This document shows, piece after piece, positions 58,772 to 64,000 of a stretch of DNA of 64,000 nt; the stretch's first letter is position 1, and every line of letters starts with the position of its first letter. The notes under the pieces are model-generated. The model searched no databases. It had not been told where the DNA came from and saw only the letters and a list, made by a program, of their open reading frames with translations. The translations under genes and the position numbers were made by a program. Source of the DNA: an uncultured Candidatus Rokubacteria bacterium (GTDB lineage Bacteria > Methylomirabilota > Methylomirabilia > Rokubacteriales > CSP1-6); contig CAVXJS010000011.1 of assembly GCA_963762145.1 (NCBI GenBank), forward strand, positions 640,001 through 704,000, given 5' to 3'.

Positions 58772-59047
58772 ATGGACGAGCCGGATCCGGTCATTCTCCC
58801 GATCGAGGACTCGCTCGATCTCCACACGTTTGCCCCGCGGGACGTGCGCTCGGTGGTGGAGGAGTACCTGACCCAGGCCGCCGCGCGCGGCTTTCGCGAG
58901 GTCCGGCTGATCCACGGCAAGGGGACCGGCACCCAGCGGGCGATCGTGCGGAGCGTGCTGGGCGGTCACCCCGCGGTCGTGCGCTTCTTCGACGGCCCGC
59001 CCGAGCGGGGCGGGTGGGGAGCGACGGTGGTGGTGCTGGCGGGCTAG
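58772..59047 (+). CDS. Stand-alone Smr-domain protein
   Basis: LDLHTF, LIHGKGTG, GGWGATVV. Confidence 0.9.
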   Translation: MDEPDPVILPIEDSLDLHTFAPRDVRSVVEEYLTQAAARGFREVRLIHGKGTGTQRAIVRSVLGGHPAVVRFFDGPPERGGWGATVVVLAG

Positions 59048-59820
59048 TCCCGGTCGGCCCGCAGCAGCAGCAGGCGGTCGCTGAACGAGACGATGCGCCC
59101 GTTCTCGATGCGGAACTCGAAGGCCTCCCGGCAGTGGGCAGGCGCGGCCAGCACGAAGCGCTCCAGGTCGGCGCGAGCCGCCGGCGTCATCCGCGTCCGC
59201 GTCGTCCACTCGTCCCACGGCCGCGCCTTGCTCATCACCGCCTCGTCGAGCACGGTCAGGCCCGCGGCGCGCAGGAAGGCGGTCCACTCGATCTGACGGT
59301 AGGCCCGGACGTGGCTCGGATCGCGGCGGCGCTCGACTTCCAGGATGAAGGCCGCGGCCTCTTCGTCCTCGTGGCCCAGGATGTCCTCGACCAGGAACGA
59401 CCCGCCGGCGCGCAGCACGCGCGCCACCTGACGCAGCGCCGGGAGCAGGGACGCGAAGTGGTGGGCCGCGATGCGACACGTCACGGTGCCGAAGCGCCCG
59501 TCACGGAAGGGCAGGGCCTCCACGTCGCCGCCGACGAACCGCACGCCGGATGCGGCTTCGTGGGCGACGAATCGTCGGGCGGCCTCGAGCATCGGCAGCG
59601 TGACGTCCATCGCGACCACGCTCTCGGTGAAGCGGGAGAAGGCGAGTGCGGTGTGCCCGCCCCCGGTGGCGATATCGAGCACCCGCGCCGCCCCGCGCTT
59701 GCGCCCCCAGGCGAGCAGCCACTCCAGGTCGGGGCCGGCGGCATGGCCGGCGCTCGCCACGTACGCGGCGGCGCTCGGCCCGAACTGGGCCTGCACCCGC
59801 GCCTGCTGCCTTTCGCTCAC
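59044..59820 (-). CDS. Class I SAM-dependent methyltransferase
   Basis: VLDIATGGGHTA, EALPF, CRIAAHHF, RDPSH. Confidence 0.9.
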   Translation of the reverse strand: MSERQQARVQAQFGPSAAAYVASAGHAAGPDLEWLLAWGRKRGAARVLDIATGGGHTALAFSRFTESVVAMDVTLPMLEAARRFVAHEAASGVRFVGGDVEALPFRDGRFGTVTCRIAAHHFASLLPALRQVARVLRAGGSFLVEDILGHEDEEAAAFILEVERRRDPSHVRAYRQIEWTAFLRAAGLTVLDEAVMSKARPWDEWTTRTRMTPAARADLERFVLAAPAHCREAFEFRIENGRIVSFSDRLLLLRADRD

Positions 59821-59854
59821 GTCCGTCTGGACCCGGCGGTCACGACGACCCTCC

Positions 59855-60589
59855 TCACAGATCGCGGACCACGCGGCGGGCGCGATCCACGTTCCGGCGG
59901 AAGAGATCGAAGGAGTTCTCCATCGCGGGCTTGCGGCCCTGTCCGCGGTCGAGGGTGAAGCACGAGAAGGTGATGTCGTGGGCCAGGGGGAAGTCGCGGT
60001 AGAGCTGGCCCGCCACCTTCTGCGGGTTCTCCGAGCGGGTGATCTCGAAGTCCTCGAGCGCGCGCAGCGGGGGCATGCGCTCGCCGTGCTTGGTGCGGAC
60101 CCACTTCATGGTGCCGCCCAGCAGGTAGGACAGGAACAGGCAGTCCACCAGCATGGACTCGGTCCACGGGATGGCCTTCTGGTAGCCCGCCACGAAGCGC
60201 GCCCCGGTGGACAGCAGGAAGTTCTTCGCGGTGTCGGGGGTGACGAAATCGCAGGCGCCGAAGATGTAGCCGGTGCCGGTGCTGGGCCGGCAATGGTCCA
60301 CCAGGGTCTCGAGGCGGATCACCTTGTCGCCGATGCCGACCAGCTTGCGGCGCTGCCCGTGCGAGGCGATGTAGCAGACCTGGAAGGAGCGCCGGCGGCG
60401 GCGGACCTCCTCGAGGAGCAGGCCCAGGTCGTAGCTCGAGTAGAAGCGCCGGTAGACGAGATTGACCCGGATGCCTTCCCAGGCCAGCGACTGCTTGATG
60501 GCCTTCAGGTAGGGCAGCACCGAGGGCTCGTCGTCCAGCAGACGCCCCTTCTTGTTCCACATCGACTCCAGCACCACCACACCCGGCAT
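59855..60589 (-). CDS. Hypothetical protein with a caspase/CHAT-like His-Cys dyad pattern (DUF6642-like)
   Basis: VLESMW, CYIASHG, YIFGAC, FVAGYQKAIPWTES. Confidence 0.6.
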   Translation of the reverse strand: MPGVVVLESMWNKKGRLLDDEPSVLPYLKAIKQSLAWEGIRVNLVYRRFYSSYDLGLLLEEVRRRRRSFQVCYIASHGQRRKLVGIGDKVIRLETLVDHCRPSTGTGYIFGACDFVTPDTAKNFLLSTGARFVAGYQKAIPWTESMLVDCLFLSYLLGGTMKWVRTKHGERMPPLRALEDFEITRSENPQKVAGQLYRDFPLAHDITFSCFTLDRGQGRKPAMENSFDLFRRNVDRARRVVRDL

Positions 60590-60694
60590 CGGTCGATCCT
60601 CGAGGAGCGGTCAGTCTCCGGCCCTGGTCTCACCCCGGTAGGAGCCCCCCAGGGACCCGGGGGCGCCATGGTATCACTGGTCCCGGTCATATAG

Positions 60695-60722
60695 AATTGG
60701 ATGATCTTGGAATCATCCAATT
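60695..60722. promoter_or_regulatory. Inverted repeat, candidate MocR operator
   Basis: AATTGGATGAT-cttgga-ATCATCCAATT, perfect 11-bp arms in an AT-rich divergent intergenic region. Confidence 0.65.
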
Positions 60723-60771
60723 GGCGCTTTACACGTGTACAAACAGCGAGGTATTGGTTTACATCGAGGCC

Positions 60772-62307
60772 ATGAGAATCCAACTGGACCGAGGGACCGG
60801 CGGAGCGGGCAGGACGTCCCTGTCGCGTCAGATCCAGCTCCACTTCGAGCGGCTGATCAGCCAGGGGCTGCTCGCGGCGGGCATGAAGCTGCCGGCCAGC
60901 CGCGAGCTGGCCCACGAGCTGGGAGTCAACCGCACGACGGTGGCCCTGGCCTACGACGAGCTGGTGGCGGGCGGGTGGGCCCGGGCCCACGTGGGGCAGG
61001 GGACGTTCGTCGCCGATCGCGTCCCCGCCACCGCCAGCATCACGCGGCCGACGACGCCGCGGCTCGACTGGACTCCGTTCCTCTCCAAGGGCGCCCAGGT
61101 GATCGCGGCGGACAGCCGCCGGCGGCGCGGCTACAGCCAGGTGCCGCAGCCCGGGCCGGGTGCCATCTCGTTCGCGGGTGGGATGCCGGACAGCGGGCTC
61201 TTCCCCACCGACGCCTTCCGCCGCGTGCTCAACCGCGTGATCCGCGAGGAAGGGCGCGAGCTGCTGCAGTACTACCCGGGGCGCGGCTATCCGCCGCTGC
61301 GCGAGTTCCTGGCCGGCTACCTGCTGCGCTTCGGGCTCGAGGTCCGCCCGGAAGAGATCCTGATCGTCAACGGCTCGCAGCAGGGCTTCGACCTGGTCGC
61401 GCGGACCCTGCTGGACCCGGGGGATTTCGTCGCGATCGAGGAGCCGTCCTATCCCCGCGCCATGCAGGTCTTCCGCTCGTTCGGGGCCCAGCTCCTGCCG
61501 GTGCCCATGCGCGACGGAGGGCTCGATCCCGAGCATCTCGACCGCCTCCTCGAGCGGCAGTCGCCGAAGCTGCTCTACTGCCAGCCGAGCGCCCATAATC
61601 CCACCGGGCTCACGATGCGGCCAGATGCGCGGAAGCGGCTCCTGGAGGTGGCGGCGCGGCATCGCCTCCCGATCATGGAAGACGGCTTCGACGGCAGCCT
61701 CTTCTTCGGCCCGCAGCCGCCCGCACCGCTCAAGGCGCTCGACGTCTCGGGGCTCGTCATCTACATCGGGACGTTCTCCAAGATCCTGTTCCCCGGGCTG
61801 CGTCTCGGCTGGATCGTGGCCGCCCCGGAGTTGATAGACCGCCTGGAAGTCGCCAAGGATCTGGCGGACATCCACACGAGCCCTCTCATCCAGGCCGCGG
61901 TCTACCATTTCTGCCGTCAGCGCCTGCTCGACCGTCACCAGGCGCGGGTTCTGCGCGAGTACGGGCGTCGCCGCGCCGCCCTGCTCGGCGCGCTCGCCAA
62001 GCGCATGCCGGCGGGCGTGACGTGGACCGAGAACGAGGGCGGTTTCTCGCTGCTGGTGACCCTGCCCGCGGGGCTGGACGCGGCGCCGCTGCTCGAGCGC
62101 GCGGCCGCGCGCGGGGTGATCTTCACGCCCGGAAACGCGTTCTACGTGGACGGTGGCGGCGAGCGGACGCTCCGGCTATCCTTCTCGGCGCTGCCGCTGA
62201 CCCAGATCGACGAGGGCATCAAGCGGCTCGCCGAGATCATTCGTGACGTGCAGCGCCAGCCGGAGCCGGTGGGCCTCGTGGCCGCCCGGGCCGTGCCGCT
62301 GATCTAG
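60772..62307 (+). CDS. MocR/GabR-family regulator (GntR HTH plus PLP aminotransferase domain)
   Basis: LPASRELAHELGVNRTTV..YDEL..GQGTFV; GSQQG, HNPTG, GTFSKILFPGLRLGW. Confidence 0.93.
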   Translation: MRIQLDRGTGGAGRTSLSRQIQLHFERLISQGLLAAGMKLPASRELAHELGVNRTTVALAYDELVAGGWARAHVGQGTFVADRVPATASITRPTTPRLDWTPFLSKGAQVIAADSRRRRGYSQVPQPGPGAISFAGGMPDSGLFPTDAFRRVLNRVIREEGRELLQYYPGRGYPPLREFLAGYLLRFGLEVRPEEILIVNGSQQGFDLVARTLLDPGDFVAIEEPSYPRAMQVFRSFGAQLLPVPMRDGGLDPEHLDRLLERQSPKLLYCQPSAHNPTGLTMRPDARKRLLEVAARHRLPIMEDGFDGSLFFGPQPPAPLKALDVSGLVIYIGTFSKILFPGLRLGWIVAAPELIDRLEVAKDLADIHTSPLIQAAVYHFCRQRLLDRHQARVLREYGRRRAALLGALAKRMPAGVTWTENEGGFSLLVTLPAGLDAAPLLERAAARGVIFTPGNAFYVDGGGERTLRLSFSALPLTQIDEGIKRLAEIIRDVQRQPEPVGLVAARAVPLI

Positions 62308-62320
62308 GAGGCAGCCAGCC

Positions 62321-63484
62321 GTGGACTTCCATACCCTCGCGGCCCGCGGCGGGCGCGACGTGCCCTCGGCCAGCCGCCCCCTGACGCCTCCCATCTACCA
62401 GACCAACGTGTACGTCTTCGAGGAGATGGACACGGTCGAGTCGGTGTGGGAGAGCAAGAAGCCGGGCTTCGTCTACGGTCGCTACGGCACCGGCAACCAC
62501 GCGATGCTGGAAGACCTGGTGGCGGCGCTCGAGGGCGCGGAGGCGGCGGTGGCGTGCGCCTCCGGCATGGGTGCCACCACCGCGCTCCTGCTCGGGCTCT
62601 TCGCGCCCGGCGATCACCTCGTCTCGGCGCGCGACCTCTACGGCTCCACCGCCGCGTTCCTGGGCGACGAGGGGCGACGGCTCGGGGTCCAGACCGATTT
62701 CGTGGACGCCACCGACGCCGGGGCGATCGTGGCTGCGCTGCGGCCGAACACCCGCGCGGTGTTCGTCGAAGCGATCTCGAATCCGCTGCTGCGGCTGGTG
62801 GACGTTCCCGCGGTCGCGCCCGAGCTGGCGCGGCGCGGGATCGACCTGATCGTGGACGCGTCCATGGCGTCGCCCGCGGTCTTCCGTCCGCTCGAGCACG
62901 GCGCGACCATGGTCGTGCACAGCCTGACCAAGTTCATCTCCGGCCACGGCGACGTCACCGGAGGGCTCGTGGCCGGCCGCGCCGAGCCGATGGCCCGTAT
63001 CCGCAACGCGATGATCCGCGCCGGCACCAACCTGGGTCCGTTCGACGCCTGGCTGGCGACCCGCGGCGCCCGCACCCTCGCGGTGCGCATGGAGCGGCAG
63101 TGCGCCACCGCCCTGTTGCTCGCCCAGGGTCTCGAGGGGCTGCCCGCGGTGTCGCGCGTCTACTATCCGGGCCTGGCGTCGCACCCGCAGCACGCGCTCG
63201 CGGCGCGCCTGATGCCCGGGCTCTCCGGCGCCATGGTCTCCTTCGATCTGCGCGGCGGGGCGCCCGCGGTGGAGCGCTTCATGGCGCGGGCGCGGCTGCT
63301 CGAGTTCGCGCCGAGCTTCGGGGACGTGGCCACCACGTGGACCTACCCGGCCCGCACGTCGCACCGGCGCGTCGCCGAGGAGGAGAAGGCCGCGATGGAC
63401 ATCGGGGCCGGGCTGGTCCGGGTGTCGGTCGGGCTCGAGGACGCGGCCGAGCTGATGGCCGATCTCGAGGGAGCCATCGCATGA
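62321..63484 (+). CDS. PLP-dependent trans-sulfuration enzyme (cystathionine gamma-synthase/lyase family)
   Basis: PPIYQT, YGRYG, ASGMGA, HSLTKFISGHGD, RVSVGLED. Confidence 0.9.
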   Translation: MDFHTLAARGGRDVPSASRPLTPPIYQTNVYVFEEMDTVESVWESKKPGFVYGRYGTGNHAMLEDLVAALEGAEAAVACASGMGATTALLLGLFAPGDHLVSARDLYGSTAAFLGDEGRRLGVQTDFVDATDAGAIVAALRPNTRAVFVEAISNPLLRLVDVPAVAPELARRGIDLIVDASMASPAVFRPLEHGATMVVHSLTKFISGHGDVTGGLVAGRAEPMARIRNAMIRAGTNLGPFDAWLATRGARTLAVRMERQCATALLLAQGLEGLPAVSRVYYPGLASHPQHALAARLMPGLSGAMVSFDLRGGAPAVERFMARARLLEFAPSFGDVATTWTYPARTSHRRVAEEEKAAMDIGAGLVRVSVGLEDAAELMADLEGAIA

Positions 63485-64000
63485 GCGCGGTCGGGGTGGA
63501 GCGAGCCTCGTCGGTCGTGTCGCCGGTCACCCTGGTAGGCCGCTGGGTCCGGCTCGAGCCGCTCAGCCGGTCGCACGCGGCGGGTGTGCTCGCCGCCGCC
63601 TTGGGCTCGCGGGACACCTATGGCTTCACGCTGGTGCCCGGGACCGAGGCCGAGACCGCCGCCTACATCGACGGCGCCCTCGCCGAGCAGGAGGCGGGCC
63701 GCGCGCTGCCGTTCGCGACGGTGGACCGGGCGCGAGGCGTGGTGGTCGGCTGCACGCGGCTCTTCAACATCGAGTTCTGGCCGTGGCCCCCCGGCAACGC
63801 CAACCAGCGCGGGACGGACCGACCCGACGTGGCGGAGATCGGCTGGACCTGGCTGGCCGCCGCCGCGCAGCGGACTCCGATCAACACCGAGGCGAAGCTG
63901 TTGATGCTGGCCCACGCGTTCGATCACTGGCGCGTCCATCGCGTGAGCCTGATGACCGACGCGCGCAATCAGCGCTCGCGGAACGCGATCCTGCGCCTGG
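63481..64000 (+). CDS. GNAT (RimJ/RimL-type) N-acetyltransferase, partial
   Basis: Not in ORF track (runs off the end): VTLVGRWVRLEPL...EIGWTWL..AQRTPINTEAKLLMLAHAF..TDARNQRSRNAILRL. Confidence 0.88.
   Translation, partial: MSAVGVERASSVVSPVTLVGRWVRLEPLSRSHAAGVLAAALGSRDTYGFTLVPGTEAETAAYIDGALAEQEAGRALPFATVDRARGVVVGCTRLFNIEFWPWPPGNANQRGTDRPDVAEIGWTWLAAAAQRTPINTEAKLLMLAHAFDHWRVHRVSLMTDARNQRSRNAILRL

Overview
High-GC bacterial chromosomal window, densely coding; gene content and style suggest Ca. Rokubacteria/Methylomirabilota (inference, not tested). No rRNA, tRNA, CRISPR array, integrase or transposase was recognised. In order: a c-di-GMP GGDEF-EAL gene coupled to a membrane GAF sensor; a patch of gene fragments (3.1-4.05 kb); a TRAP transporter; a Lys-tail protein/sirtuin/hydratase operon; Nudix, enoyl-CoA hydratase, FecR and hot-dog genes; a sigma54 response regulator followed by a sigma54 promoter, a stand-alone copy of its own DNA-binding HTH and a PAS-GAF-PAS hybrid kinase; sppA, an LLM oxidoreductase and a tandem PilZ protein; a TetR-led fatty-acid/PHA locus (ech, SDR, SCP2, phaC, phaE-like, phaJ, phaR, phasin, two acyl-CoA ligases); an esterase, DUF445 and a Zn-ADH; LysR-leuCD; queF and ychF; a corrinoid-activator (RACo/RamA-like) operon with MaoC and UroD/MtaA-like genes; an Opp-type ABC set without ATPases; a cytochrome c'-beta/cupredoxin fusion; a SulP-PPK2-AckA block bracketed by a duplicated smr 5' end; a caspase-fold hypothetical; and a MocR regulator operon. 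Indels cluster at about 27.9-30.3 kb and 41-48 kb and are most likely long-read consensus errors. The most notable items are the activator/solo-HTH circuit, the heme-Cu fusion, the PHA locus, the RACo operon, REP elements inside coding sequence, a candidate RGPP arrest peptide and pervasive leaderless promoters. All product calls are from motif recognition by eye; no database searches were run.
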